The notes under the pieces were generated by a model. That model did not search any database and had not been told where the DNA came from. It saw only the letters and a list, made by a program, of their open reading frames with translations. A stretch of DNA of 64,000 nucleotides, taken from NCBI RefSeq assembly GCF_000315625.1, contig NW_005434657.1:343934-407933 (forward strand), in the 5' to 3' direction. This document shows positions 40,130 through 52,685 of this stretch, in pieces. Made by a program: the position numbers and the translations under genes. Positions within the stretch are counted from its first letter, which is position 1; every line of letters begins with the position of its first letter. The DNA is from Guillardia theta CCMP2712. Its lineage: Eukaryota; Protista; Cryptophyta.

Positions 40130-42985
40130 ATGGCGATGGCTATGGAAAAGCAGTGTACCTTTCTTATCTTCGATGACAGTGTTCAACGAGCTGAAGTAGA
40201 TGAGCTCAAAGCGGGGCTGGAAAACAGCGATGTAAGTGTCAAGGTTGCAACCATGAAGAAGATTGTGCTTCTGATGATGAACGGGGAGCAACTCGGCGAC
40301 CTTCTCATGGACGTGATCAAGTTTGTGGTTCCCAATGAAGACAAGGGACTCAAGAAGCTCCTCTACCTGTACCTCGAAGCCGTGGAAAAGAGAGGAAGAG
40401 ACGGAAATCTGCTCCTGCCGATGATTTTGATTTGTAACATGATCCGCAATGATTTGAATCATCCCAATGAGTTTGTGAGGGGCTCTGCGTTGCGCTTCTT
40501 GAGCAAAATCCGCGAAAAGGATATTCTTGAGCCGCTAGTTTCATCTTTGAGAGCGAATCTCGAGCATCGCCATAGCTATGTTCGAAGGAATGCTGTTCTT
40601 GCCATCTACAACACCTACAAGTGCTTTGAAGATTTGATGCCTGACGCACCAGAACTCATCGGTGAATTTATTGACGGGGAGAACGATGTGTCTGCGAAAA
40701 GGAATGCTTTTGTTATGCTTTGCAACTGCGACCAAGAAAGGGCGGTACAATATCAGCTGGGCGTCATCGACACCATTAACTCCATGGGCGATATTGTGCA
40801 GCTCGTGATGTTGGAACTTATTCGCAAAGTTTGCCGTCAGGATCCCTTCCAGAAGAGCAAGTATGTCCGTGCAGTCTTCAACCTCCAGAGCTCTGCTTCG
40901 AATTCTGTGGCCTTTGAATGTGCTTCCACTCTCGTTTCTCTCTCGAGTGCCCAAACCGCCGTGAGAACCGCCGTGCAGGCATACTGTAACTTGCTCAGCA
41001 CTCACAGCGACAACAACGTCAAGCTCATTGTTCTCGATAAGTTGAAAGATCTTCAACAAAAGCATCCCGAAGTATTGAAGACGCTCATCATGGATATTAT
41101 TCGTGGACTTGCTTCGCCCAACATCGACATCCGCAAGAAGGTCTTGGATTTGGTGATGGAGCTCGTGAGCCCTAGCAGCATCGACGAAGTTATTGCTGTT
41201 CTCAAGAAGGAGATTGCCAAAACTCAGCACACAGACACGGAGAAAGCACCTGAATACCGTCAAATGCTGATTCAGGCAATCCACAACTGCGTGATCAAGT
41301 TCCCAGAAATCGCTGGAAATGTTGTTCATGTCCTTATCGATTTCTTGGACGACTCGAATGCTACTTCGGCGTCTGATGTGGTTCTGTTCATGCGAGAAGT
41401 GGTTGAGACATACCCCAAACTTCGTGAGCTGGTTGTCCATAAGCTTGTGGAATACTTCCCAACTATGAAGGTTGCTAAGGTCTATCGCGTTGCTCTGTGG
41501 ATTCTTTCCGAATATTGCCGAACGGAAGCGGAGATCAAAGCAGCTTACGATGTCGTGAAACAGTCCATTGGTAGTGTCCCTTTCATCGACGAGAACACTC
41601 TCGAGGCGGCTATCAACACAGCGGCTGCTGAACACAAGCACACTTCTCCTGCTGTGCTTGCGGATGGAACATATGCCTCACAGTCGGGCATCGGAGCGAA
41701 TCTTCAGATCGGCAAGGACGAACCCCCATCGTTGCGCAACTTGCTGATCGGAGGAGACTTCTATGTTGCTGCCGTTACAGCGTCTTCACTCGCCAAGCTC
41801 ATCATGCGGATCTCGTCCTTGTCAGGAACATCTGGGGAACTAGTGAACCAGTGGAGCGCTGAAGTCATCGCCATCATCTGCAGCATTGTGAAGCTGGGCA
41901 ACTACGGTATCACCCCGAACAAGATGGATGATGACTGCACCGAACGCTTGTGGTTGTGCCTGATGATGCTGAGCGACCCCTACAACAAGCAGATGCAGGA
42001 GATTTGGAACGAGAAGTGCAGGAACTCCTACTCTCAGCTCCTGGTTGAAAAGCAGAAGGTGTTGACAGAGGAGCAGCAGGAATCGAAGGAGGAGGCCAAG
42101 AAGTTCAAAGCGCATGCGGATGATCTTATTAGCTTCAGGCAGCTTCGGGGTAAAGGAGCAATCATCACGGAGATCGAAGACGAGGATGCGTTGGATCTCT
42201 CCAGAGCAACGGGCGCTGCCGAGGAAGAGGACTTTGGATCAAGGCTGAAGAGGGTCACGCAGCTCACTGGCCTTTCCGATGCCGTGTATGCAGAGGCTGT
42301 CGTGACTGTGCACGATTATGATATCGTCCTTGACGTCCTGGTCATCAACCAGCTGAACGAACATCTTAACAACCTCTGCCTTGAGCTGTCAACTGTCGGG
42401 GACCTCAAGCTCTGCGAAAGGCCCCAGACTTATGCCCTGGCTCCCCATGCTCAGCTCAACATCAGGGCGAACATCAAGGTTTCCTCCACAGAGACTGGAA
42501 TCATCTATGGAAACATCGTCTACGACCTTGGACAAGGAACTGGAACGGACTCGAACGCCAGGGACGCTCAGAACATGGTCATCTTGAATGACATCCACAT
42601 CGACATCATGGACTACATCACTCCTGCCCACTGCTCCCTCCTGCAGTTTCGGCAGATGTGGGCTGAATTCGAGTGGGAGAACAAGGTGGCGGTCAACACT
42701 TCGATCATTGACCCTGTCAAGTACCTCCGTCACATCGTCTCATGCACCAACATGCAGTGCCTGACACACATCGACGATGATTCTGGGGATTGCGGCTTCT
42801 TGGCGGCTAACCTGTACGCAAAATCTATCTTTGGCGAAGACGCGCTGGTGAACGTTAGCATCGAGAAGCAGAGGGACGGAGCTCTCAGTGGCAACTTGCG
42901 TATCAGGAGCAAGACTCAGGGCATCGCACTCAGCCTCGGGGACAAGATCACTCTCAAGCAGAAGAGCATCGAAACGTCCAAGTGA
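40130..42985 (+). CDS. COPB1: Coatomer subunit beta (beta-COP), single exon
   Basis: Uninterrupted 951-aa ORF: NDLNHPNEFVRGSALRFL, LEHRHSYVRRNA, QLTGLSDAVYAEA, FRQMWAEFEWENKV, RIRSKTQGIALSLGDKI. Confidence 0.98.
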   Translation: MAMAMEKQCTFLIFDDSVQRAEVDELKAGLENSDVSVKVATMKKIVLLMMNGEQLGDLLMDVIKFVVPNEDKGLKKLLYLYLEAVEKRGRDGNLLLPMILICNMIRNDLNHPNEFVRGSALRFLSKIREKDILEPLVSSLRANLEHRHSYVRRNAVLAIYNTYKCFEDLMPDAPELIGEFIDGENDVSAKRNAFVMLCNCDQERAVQYQLGVIDTINSMGDIVQLVMLELIRKVCRQDPFQKSKYVRAVFNLQSSASNSVAFECASTLVSLSSAQTAVRTAVQAYCNLLSTHSDNNVKLIVLDKLKDLQQKHPEVLKTLIMDIIRGLASPNIDIRKKVLDLVMELVSPSSIDEVIAVLKKEIAKTQHTDTEKAPEYRQMLIQAIHNCVIKFPEIAGNVVHVLIDFLDDSNATSASDVVLFMREVVETYPKLRELVVHKLVEYFPTMKVAKVYRVALWILSEYCRTEAEIKAAYDVVKQSIGSVPFIDENTLEAAINTAAAEHKHTSPAVLADGTYASQSGIGANLQIGKDEPPSLRNLLIGGDFYVAAVTASSLAKLIMRISSLSGTSGELVNQWSAEVIAIICSIVKLGNYGITPNKMDDDCTERLWLCLMMLSDPYNKQMQEIWNEKCRNSYSQLLVEKQKVLTEEQQESKEEAKKFKAHADDLISFRQLRGKGAIITEIEDEDALDLSRATGAAEEEDFGSRLKRVTQLTGLSDAVYAEAVVTVHDYDIVLDVLVINQLNEHLNNLCLELSTVGDLKLCERPQTYALAPHAQLNIRANIKVSSTETGIIYGNIVYDLGQGTGTDSNARDAQNMVILNDIHIDIMDYITPAHCSLLQFRQMWAEFEWENKVAVNTSIIDPVKYLRHIVSCTNMQCLTHIDDDSGDCGFLAANLYAKSIFGEDALVNVSIEKQRDGALSGNLRIRSKTQGIALSLGDKITLKQKSIETSK

Positions 42986-43295
42986 AGTCAGAGGTGAGAG
43001 GGCTCGTGCTGATCTCGCTGAGAGGAAGCATCTTCGACGTGGGCGTTCTCGCTTGCGACGAGGATGTTGGCGGAAGATGAGGAGAGGTTTTCTTGTCTCC
43101 CAACTTGTAAGTCTTGAGAGATTTGAATGGACATTTATTGATACACTCCGTTCCTGTTGCCTGCTCACTTCACCTACCTCGTCTCATGCTCTACTCTGCT
43201 AAATTGCTTCGATTCATATATACATCAAAATTAGACATCAGCATTCCTGTCACAATGGTCGTATCAACCCCTCAGACACCACCTCCTTCACACGT

Positions 43296-43362
43296 ACACA
43301 CGGCATCACTACCTTCATGAACACACGGCATCACTACCTTCACGAACACACGGCATCACTAC
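43296..43362. repeat. 25-bp minisatellite (~2.7 copies)
   Basis: Unit acacacggcatcactaccttca(t/c)ga. Confidence 0.9.
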
Positions 43363-46300
43363 ATCGAAGAAGAGAAGAATAGCATACCCTCATGTCTAGC
43401 AGGGAGGGAAACTCTAGCTGCGATCGTACTATCAGCAACAATCTTTTCCTCAACACTGACATCAGATGTAATCGTCATCTCGTCCATAGTAACAGCTCTC
43501 ACAGTCGAGCACATCGTAATACATGGCAGGTATGGAACGAACCAAAAACACGGAGCACCAGGCAAGACAACACTGACTACCATCCGCAACACAGACTCAT
43601 CTCATCATCCTCCATGTCAAGATGAAACAAATCTACAGGCAGACTATCTTTCCACTTGATCAACTCCCATGAAACGAGACAGCATACACTCTTCCTATCA
43701 TGGCTGTGCGCTTTTTTTTCCCCCCCCCCCCCCCCCCCCCCCCCCCACCAATCTGACCCTCCCGCCCTTCATCGTTAGCTTCATCCCGCACAGACCCTCC
43801 TTTCTTTGCTTTCGTTGGCTTTGCTTCCAGCTCGGATCCCTCTTCTCTTGCGTTCTTTCATCCCTCCCCCCTCTTCTCTTGCGTTCTTTCCTCTCTCCTC
43901 CATCTTCTCTTGCGTTCTGTCCTCCTTCCTGCACCTCCTTTGTGCCTCCTACTCGCTTTCCCGACATCATCAGGTAGAATCCTTCTCGCGCCCCCAAGTC
44001 TGCTGCATGTCTTGTTGTCTTTCCTACTTAAAGAAGTCTCCTTCCTTGTTTCTGTGCTCTGTCTGTTCAGGTATATTCATTTCTCTCGCTCATGCTGACA
44101 ACAATTTTCAATGCAGTCCAAGTGGCATGACTGTCGCACCTCTCTTGTTATTTCTTCGCGTCCAAGAATTCCCTCCCCGTGGCAAAATATTTCATACCTC
44201 TTCCCCATCAAACCATCCCTTCCACTTCCTCCCCTTCTCTCCCCTACTTACCATCCCTGCCTCCCTACCATCCCTGCCTTCTCCTCTCCTCTTCCTCTCC
44301 TCCATCTTGTATCCGGAGCAGTCACATTGCTGATCCCTTACGGACCACCCCACCCTTATTCCCCCGTTATTGTAGATGCCCTCCCCCTCATGATCTAAAC
44401 TACCTACCCCTTGATCACATTAACCCCTTCAATCTCTCACGTACCCCTTATTTATACGGTTGATACAGGGGCAAATTGTTCATTTTTGCTCACCCCTACC
44501 CCCTAAAATGCTCTTCCAGTTCTGCATATGTACTACCCCACCCATTAGCTCGAAATCACAGCGCACTTCCACCCCTAGTTTATATCCATATCGCACCCCC
44601 AGTTTCTAGGACCCTCTATACCAATCTTGACTAGCACTATAGCATAAATCATCCTAATACCCATTGGGGTAGCTCCCTAAGACCTCCTAGGTCTGCAACT
44701 CCAAATCCCACTAAAAACTCTTTTTCTTTTCCGATGGGGGTTCCTACCCCCCACCCCACCCCACCCCACATCACCCCACCACCTTGTGTTTGCAAGGACC
44801 CCCCGTGGGTCTTTCCTACCTCTTCTCGAATTATTTGAGACCACCCCCATGGTACACTACCCTCCCATGGAATGAAACGTACTTACTACCCCCCGCTAGC
44901 TAATCCATGTACCCCCTAGCAACACAATGCTTAAGACAGACGGACCCCCAACTTGGCCCTTAGTACCCTTCCTGCAATCGGACTCAAAGTTGAAAAACTG
45001 GGGGTAGGGTGGCTGACAAAGAAAGGGTAGGGTGGAGATATAGCTCAGAATTCAAACCATGGATACGTTACATGTAAGGCGCGGAACCCGTACGATAACT
45101 AATTCTAGAGAGGGGTAGGGGTACTCATCGACGTTACGTCGATTCAAATGTCAGTTGAGCTAAATATGATTAGGACGGGTGGGGTGAACTCTCCATGGGG
45201 TGGGGTGCTTGTGTGCATTTACGGATTGGTGGGTGGGGTACTTTGACTAGGGGTGATCACATTGGGAACAGCGCTTGAACACGGGTACGCTTTGGTTACT
45301 CCTTCAAACACCCGTGGTTCTAAATTGATCTGGTTGGGTACATGACCGGGTAAAATGAGATATTTTTTTTCGAGGAACCTTAATATGAGGGGTAGTCCTG
45401 TGGTTTAAACCTGAATGCCGAAGGTGAGGGGGTACTGAGGAATCCTGGGGCCGTGGGGGTGGAGTTTGCATACGCTATTGTCAATAGGTGGGGTACTTTG
45501 AAGTAATATACATGGGTGGGGTACCATCCCCAGAGAAATAATTTTTCACTCAAGACCCTGCCCGTCAAACATTGTCCGACTACGGGTACCAAATATATGA
45601 AAAAGGGGGGTACATGTCCCATGTAAAATCAGAGGTATTCGGATATTTGAAATGTTTTGCAGCAAGTTTAAATATTTGAATGAAATATGAGAAAGTTGGA
45701 AATGGAGGGGATGGAGAACCCCACTTCGGAAATACCTCGTTTCCGCCCCTACCTTCGAATGTTTTTTTGTTTTTTTTTCTTCTGTTACTACGAGGGCAGA
45801 GAGAGTGAGTGTGATAGGAAGATGAGGGAAGAAGTAGAGACAGTGACGGGAATGAACATGCAAGTAGAGGCAAAGAGAAACAAAGGAGAAGAGTTGGCAT
45901 GCGAAATTGAATGAGGTGTGTTAATCAAGAAGTCAAAAGGCGATTGAACAAACGACAAAGATGCGATGCGATAGGATGCGAGGCGATGCTGTTTGAGCGC
46001 CCGCATGCACAAGTGAGCATCTATCACTCCAGAACGATGACAAGAACTTCTTGTGGCAACAGCAGTTCCTTTCCTGTTGAGCAGGGATGACGCAAGGGAA
46101 ATTGAATGTTGTGCTTTTGAAAATCCAATCTGGCAGTCGGGCGCTTAGAAGAAGAGGGTGGTTTAGGTCTGCAATAGCAGGGAGAAATACCGCAAGTCGG
46201 TTGTAGTAGCTTTCGAGCTTTCTAGTAGGTTTCATGTTGACCTGGGGAGAGCGTCAACGATTACTGAACTTGACAGTTACTGGAAGTTTGTGGTAGAGTG

Positions 46301-47079
46301 ACAGGGCATGAGGACATCAGTAGGATGGGAAAATAAGGCGAGCAGTCGAGTTGAAACAAGATCGATCGTCTTTGAGAGATGAGAGAGCTATAGCTGGATG
46401 CTGTTGCTCCCTTGTTTTTTTGTGTTGGTGATCCTTGTAGCGTTTGCCTGACATGTTGACTGGAAGAGCTGTTTCCTTCCTCCCAGCACACTGCAACCAT
46501 TCCTCGCACACACGTCAATCTCGGTGAGCTTGATGATCGTCACAGAACCATCTGGAACAACCTCTGACGCCAATTCCTGCTGCAGCATGCTTGCCGTGAG
46601 CAGAGGATTTGGGAACGACGACGCAAGCAGTAGAGGTGGGATGGAAGCGGGAGTTTGGCGGAAGATTGGATCCAGGACGCTGTCGAAGTATGACGATGGT
46701 GAGGGCAAGAGGAGGAGACTCTCGTGCTCCTTCACTTGACGATCATTCCTGCAGCACCAAGACCTCTGAGGGAGCACGACGCCTCGTCCGAGGTTGCCAT
46801 CCTGCTCCCCGTGTCCTGCCTCGTCCCAGTTGCTGACGCCTGCCTCCCGCCCCCTCACAGGATGCTAAGAGGAAGAGGAGAGCGATAGATAGTTTCGGAT
46901 CGCCAGAGCACGACAATCAAGTGCTGAACTTTGCCGTGTCCGCGCGCTGCTTGCCTGACCAATCCCCCCTGAAACAGTTCGCACTCTACTCAGCGCAGTC
47001 GCCGTGTGCGTCCCCCTTCTGGCAGGCATGTGGAGCCAGCGCGGAGGCTGTTGGGGGTAACGGCAGGACGCAGGCAAAC

Positions 47080-50040
47080 ATGTCGAACGCTACAGGTTTC
47101 CAGCCGATACAGCAAGCAGCATCAGGATTCAAAGTGAGCGGCTCACCGCGTCGCTCCTCATCCTCACGCGTGTTGCAGTCGGCCGAAGTCGATCCCTTCG
47201 CTATGCCCAAGACCCCTGATGGATGGGGACAAGCAGGTAGACGAGGTAGCAGGCAAGAGGTGCAAAGCGCTGACGAGAACCCTTCCTCTCCCTCCCCCTC
47301 TCCCTCTCTCCCTTCCTCCACCTTCCTCACAGATGGCAACGTGACTCCTGGCTTCGGACGAGACATCGCAAGCTCTCCACTCATCATCCCGCCCGACAGC
47401 CAGTAGGACTGGCGGGTGCTGCTCGCCCCCTCTGACATGCTGCGATGGCAGGGAGGGAAGAACAAGTAGCGAGTGGTCGACAGGTGGGATCATCGGGCAC
47501 GAGACGTACCCTAGTGACGGGGGTATCCTGGGAACGGATCTGGCGGGCGTTCTTGATGTGAGGAGGAGGAGGAGGAGACCAGCACAAGGATGCTGACTGT
47601 GGGCTAGGAGCCTGAGCCATTCGAACTATGCTGTATAACTCCGACACACTCGATCTTCAGTGAGGAGAAGAAGACCGGGAAGGTGAGGATGAGCACGAGG
47701 ACAAGGGCGAGGAGGAGGAGGAGGAAGTGGTGGTTGAGGAGGAGGAAGTGGCGGTGGTGGTGGTCCTGCGTCTGCTGCTGCTGCTGGTGGTGGTGGTGGA
47801 GGAGGAAGCATGCATGCTTGTTCCTGATGACTTGTCACAGAGGAAAGCTCCTGAAGCTCCGGTCAATCACACCATCAACCTGCTCTCATCTCAGGTTGGG
47901 GATGCCAAGACGGAGCTCTGAAGCCTCGAATTCTTCTAAATCTGTTCCTCTACAGAACGCCAAGGGTCTGTCAGCGAACCAGGAGAACGCGTCCGCGCCT
48001 GTCAAGGCCGAGATGGCGGCCAAGACCAACGCAGTTGCGTTGAAGGTACGCGCTACCTCTTCCTTCTCTTCCTCCTCCTGCTCTTCCTCCTCCTCCTCGT
48101 TCTCCATCTCCTCCTACTTCCTCCTTCGCCTCCTCATGTTTTGTTGCAGCCCAACACATCGAAAGGAGTTGTGGGCAAGAAGAAGAACAATGTCGATCCC
48201 AGCTTCCTTCCACTGCTCGACTGCCTGACATGTCTGCAGACCAAGATCAAGTCTGAGGAGGCGACTCGCATAGAAGGTGAACCTGCATCGTTGATCCTCC
48301 TTGCCTCCCTGTCCTCACCCTCGCTGTCTCATTTCAGGACCAAGTGCTCTCGCTCGCCCCGTCGTCAAGTTCGATGCGAATGCTGCAAACAAACCTGTAG
48401 CGTTCGCTGTGCCAGGTCACTTCCTCTCCAAATCTCCTTTGCCCCCTCACAGCTCCTCCTCCTCCTTCTCCTCCCCTCTCCTCCTCTCCTCCTCCCCTGC
48501 TGCTTCTGCTCGCTCGTCTCTCTCTCCTCCACCTCCCTCCCCCCCCNNNNNNNNNNNNNNNNNNNNNNNNNNNNNNNNNNNNNNNNNNNNNNNNNNNNNN
48601 NNNNNNNNNNNNNNNNNNNNNNNNNNNNNNNNNNNNNNNNNNNNNNNNNNNNNNNNNNNNNNNNNNNNNNNNNNNNNNNNNNNNNNNNNNNNNNNNNNNN
48701 NNNNNNNNNNNNNNNNNNNNNNNNNNNNNNNNNNNNNNNNNNNNNNNNNNNNNNNNNNNNNNNNNNNNNNNNNNNNNNNNNNNNNNNNNNNNNNNNNNNN
48801 NNNNNNNNNNNNNNNNNNNNNNNNNNNNNNNNNNNNNNNNNNNNNNNNNNNNNNNNNNNNNNNNNNNNNNNNNNNNNNNNNNNNNNNNNNNNNNNNNNNN
48901 NNNNNNNNNNNNNNNNNNNNNNNNNNNNNNNNNNNNNNNNNNNNNNNNNNNNNNNNNNNNNNNNNNNNNNNNNNNNNNNNNNNNNNNNNNNNNNNNNNNN
49001 NNNNNNNNNNNNNNNNNNNNNNNNNNNNNNNNNNNNNNNNNNNNNNNCGTCCTCCTCCTCCTCCCTCCCACCCTCCTACCCCCCCCCCCCCCCCCCCCAA
49101 CCTCCTCGCTCACTCTCCACTCCCTCCCGGCCGTGTCTGACTTTTTCCTTCCTCAGGCTTGAAGAACCAGCAGCAGATGTCTTGGACTGCTCCTCAGGTA
49201 ACTTCATTCCTCTGCTCCATCTCTTCCTCCTCATCGTTGTCCAGCTCCCTTCCAACCCTTCCAAGGTTCCTCCAGTGCTGCAGCAGCCCGTCTACCAGCC
49301 TCCCAAGGGGGTTCCCCACCCTTCTCTCGCTCCTCAGCCTCCAGCTCAGTACCAGCAGGTGAAGTCGCCGCTTCTCCCTCATGCCTCTGCTGACTTGTCT
49401 TGTGTAGAAGACTCCAACCTCGCAGGCAGGTTCAACTCAGGTGAACCCCTTTTTCTTCTCCCCTCTCCCTCCTCCTCCTTCCTCTCCCCTCTTCCTCCTC
49501 CCTCTTCCTCTCTCCTCTCCCTCCTCCTCCCTCCTTTTTCGCATCCTCCATTCCTCCTTCTTGACGCACAAGCTGAATGTTTCTCTACCTCCTCCTCCCA
49601 AATTAGTGGACGGCGAGACAGCAGGTCGACCTCTCTTCCTCTCTGTCTCTGTTCTGGTCCTGACTTCCTCCTCTCCAGCCTCTCCCTTCCTCGCAGCCTG
49701 CCGCCTCCTCTACCAAGATCAACCTCAACAACATCAAACCTCCCCTTACAAACCTCCCGGGCAACCTTCCCCACGTCCCGAGTTGGACTCCCGCTGCCCA
49801 GCCAGAGCGCGAGAGCCACGGGCTCACGTGGACAGCAGCAGGTGCGCGTTGCTGGTGCGAGGAGGCGGGATGATGAGTAGGAGCAGGGAGCCTTGAGAAG
49901 CGGGAAGGAGGAGGCAACGGACCGGGGCCGGACCGTGAGAGACGTTCAGCAAGGTGAGGAGGTGCTGGTGGCGCAGAACTCGTCTGATGAGGAGCAGGTA
50001 CAAGGGTGTGACGTGGGACAGAGTGAAGCGCATGTGGAGG
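47080..50040 (+). CDS. Putative AP2-domain transcription factor, multi-exon, truncated by gaps
   Basis: Exon before the gap encodes RSRYKGVTWDRVKRMWR|gtaagt, the start of an AP2 beta-sheet. Upstream exons are low-complexity and S/P/Q-rich. Start uncertain. Confidence 0.6.
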
Positions 50041-51095
50041 GTAAGTGGAGGGNNNNNNNNNNNNNNNNNNNNNNNNNNNNNNNNNNNNNNNNNNNNNNNN
50101 NNNNNNNNNNNNNNNNNNNNNNNNNNNNNNNNNNNNNNNNNNNNNNNNNNNNNNNNNNNNNNNNNNNNNNNNNNNNNNNNNNNNNNNNNNNNNNNNNNNN
50201 NNNNNNNNNNNNNNNNNNNNNNNNNNNNNNNNNNNNNNNNNNNNNNNNNNNNNNNNNNNNNNNNNNNNNNNNNNNNNNNNNNNNNNNNNNNNNNNNNNNN
50301 NNNNNNNNNNNNNNNNNNNNNNNNNNNNNNNNNNNNNNNNNNNNNNNNNNNNNNNNNNNNNNNNNNNNNNNNNNNNNNNNNNNNNNNNNNNNNNNNNNNN
50401 NNNNNNNNNNNNNNNNNNNNNNNNNNNNNNNNNNNNNNNNNNNNNNNNNNNNNNNNNNNNNNNNNNNNNNNNNNNNNNNNNNNNNNNNNNNNNNNNNNNN
50501 NNNNNNNNNNNNNNNNNNNNNNNNNNNNNNNNNNNNNNNNNNNNNNNNNNNNNNNNNNNNNNNNNNNNNNNNNNNNNNNNNNNNNNNNNNNNNNNNNNNN
50601 NNNNNNNNNNNNNNNNNNNNNNNNNNNNNNNNNNNNNNNNNNNNNNNNNNNNNNNNNNNNNNNNNNNNNNNNNNNNNNNNNNNNNGGTGAGCAGGAAATC
50701 TGACAGTGTCGGACCAAACTAGGGAGGAGACGCATGCTGAATGAGCTTGCGGACGTTTCCCTGCTACAATAATCGTTGATTGATTCTAATAAGCTAAAAC
50801 AAGCCCCTTGTGGCGGAGAATGCTCTGTGCGTATAGATGATGACTAGGACTCTAAAGATTAAGTTGCATCGTTTGTAAATAGATGTCAAGATTAGACTAA
50901 TTGATCTCAGCTAGCTCTACCCCTCCTCCTCCTCCTTTCCCCCCCCCTGCCACATCCCTTGCAAACGACAACTCCATCTCACGATTGCGCATTCATGTCT
51001 CCATTCTCCTCCTCACTCCGTTGCCTCGCTGGCCTTTTTCGCTTCGTCTCTGCGAAGGGAGTTCTCGACAAATGTTTCCTCACCCTGCACTCAGA

Positions 51096-52685
51096 TCAGC
51101 ACGCGGCATCCCAGGTGTACAAACCTGACCAATGATCGACGACATGCACACGACGTCCATTCTTCTGGACCCTCGCCGTTTGATTCAAAAGAGTCGTTTC
51201 AGCAAGTTTGATCACGATCTGATGATCCAGCAAGGTGCGAAAACGTGTCAGCAGCACAACACAAAGGTCGTGAGAGGTTCAGACAACAGTAAAGACACAA
51301 CGAGGGAAACGTGTAACCAGGAGTACAAACACAGTCAGACAAACGGGTGAAAAGCAGCTCAAGGCAAGAAGAGCCCTTTTCAAGACAACATCGCTGCTAC
51401 TTCCAACCTCCTCAACCCCCTCAGCCTGCCCCTCCTCTCACCTGCGCGCATTTCTGCGTGTCGTACATCCCCAAGTGATGCCAATGCATACTCTCAGCCG
51501 TCGACCCGATCTGCCCAGACCATTCAGCCGGACGCTGACCCCAGCAGGCACGAGACAGTCTACCTGAAGGAAGTTCGCAAGCCTGTTGAGCCCATCGACC
51601 TTCTGTGCAAGCATCTGCACGTTGGCGGTGGGATCCTGCAGCATGAAGTAGTTGAGGGACAAATCCTTCACGTTGAGCCAGGAGCGCAGGAAGTAAGGGA
51701 GGATAAGTTCGTGCTTTGTACAATTCCTCTTCATCAATGAGGCGTCGTGATCGCCGCAGAAGGCAACGATTCCCTTATTGCGGCCGAAGGTCACGCCATG
51801 GCCAGTCAGGAAGTTGTTGAACTCGACCAAGGCTTCAGAGAAGCTCACAGCGTTGGTAGCAGCGACTTGCGGCGAGAGGTGTTGGAACCTATTCAGGAAG
51901 TGGGTGGGAGTTACCCAGCGATGGAACCGACCGACTTCCCTACCCTCCTTGACATCGAGCACGATACAAGGCATCTCGATGAGCTCGCCCCTCGAACCTC
52001 CCTCCAAGTCCATCACGGCTACAAACCGGTAGTCCTGCTGTACCGGACGGAAATCTGGCATCCGCATGTTCAACCATTCGTCCGCCACCTTCTGTGCGAA
52101 CTCGTTGTCGTGCACCTTGGTCACGTACTCCCTGTTGAGCCTGTTACCGACGTACTCGATGCATTCCTCTCCGTTCAGGTGACTGAGGCATACTCCCGAA
52201 GATGCGTAGTACTTGCAAGGGATGTTGGACCCGACTTGGACCCCCTTATCTATGAACTCATTGAAATTCATGTCCTTCCTCCTCAACATGACCTTCCCGT
52301 CCTCCTCCATGATCTCGACCTCCGAATCCTTCAGCGCTTCGATCGTCTCCTGGGGGTTTGCGCCAAGGAGCTTCATCCTGTTGAAGGTCATGATGACGTC
52401 AAGGGGCACCCAACCTTGCGGGTGCTCGGCTGCCTTGTTCTGCAGGAAGATGTCTCTGCTGATGTTCCTCGGCGAGAAGTAGTACTCCACTTGTTTCTTG
52501 ATTTGCGACGCTGTTGGAGGAGAGCTTGCTTCGTGCCGCATGCCCATGGAGTTGTCGCCCTGCGGCATGGAGAAGCTTCGGGACAAAGCCTTGAAGCCAT
52601 GCTGCGAGATACCGTAGCTGACCCGCGAGGATACAGTGTTGATCCTGCCATAGCGAAGGCGAGGCAAGACCCTAGCCACTATCAT
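51096..52685 (-). CDS. La-motif (LaM) + Cys-rich linker + ERI1-like DEDDh 3'-5' exonuclease, with an N-terminal transit-peptide-like sequence
   Basis: QIKKQVEYYFSPRNISRDIFL..GWVPLDVIMTFNRMK (LaM); VAVMDLEG..ELIEMPC..FHRWVTP (ExoI); FCGDHD (ExoII); spliced HHLGMYDT (ExoIII). Confidence 0.85.

Noticed and set aside
40541-41641. 366-aa antisense ORF to beta-COP (likewise 51747-52865)
   Set aside because: Shadow ORFs arising from codon bias on the opposite strand of real genes; no motifs.
43359-46860. Short ORFs between COPB1 and the AP2 gene
   Set aside because: No domain, no consistent exon chain and no coding bias I can support.
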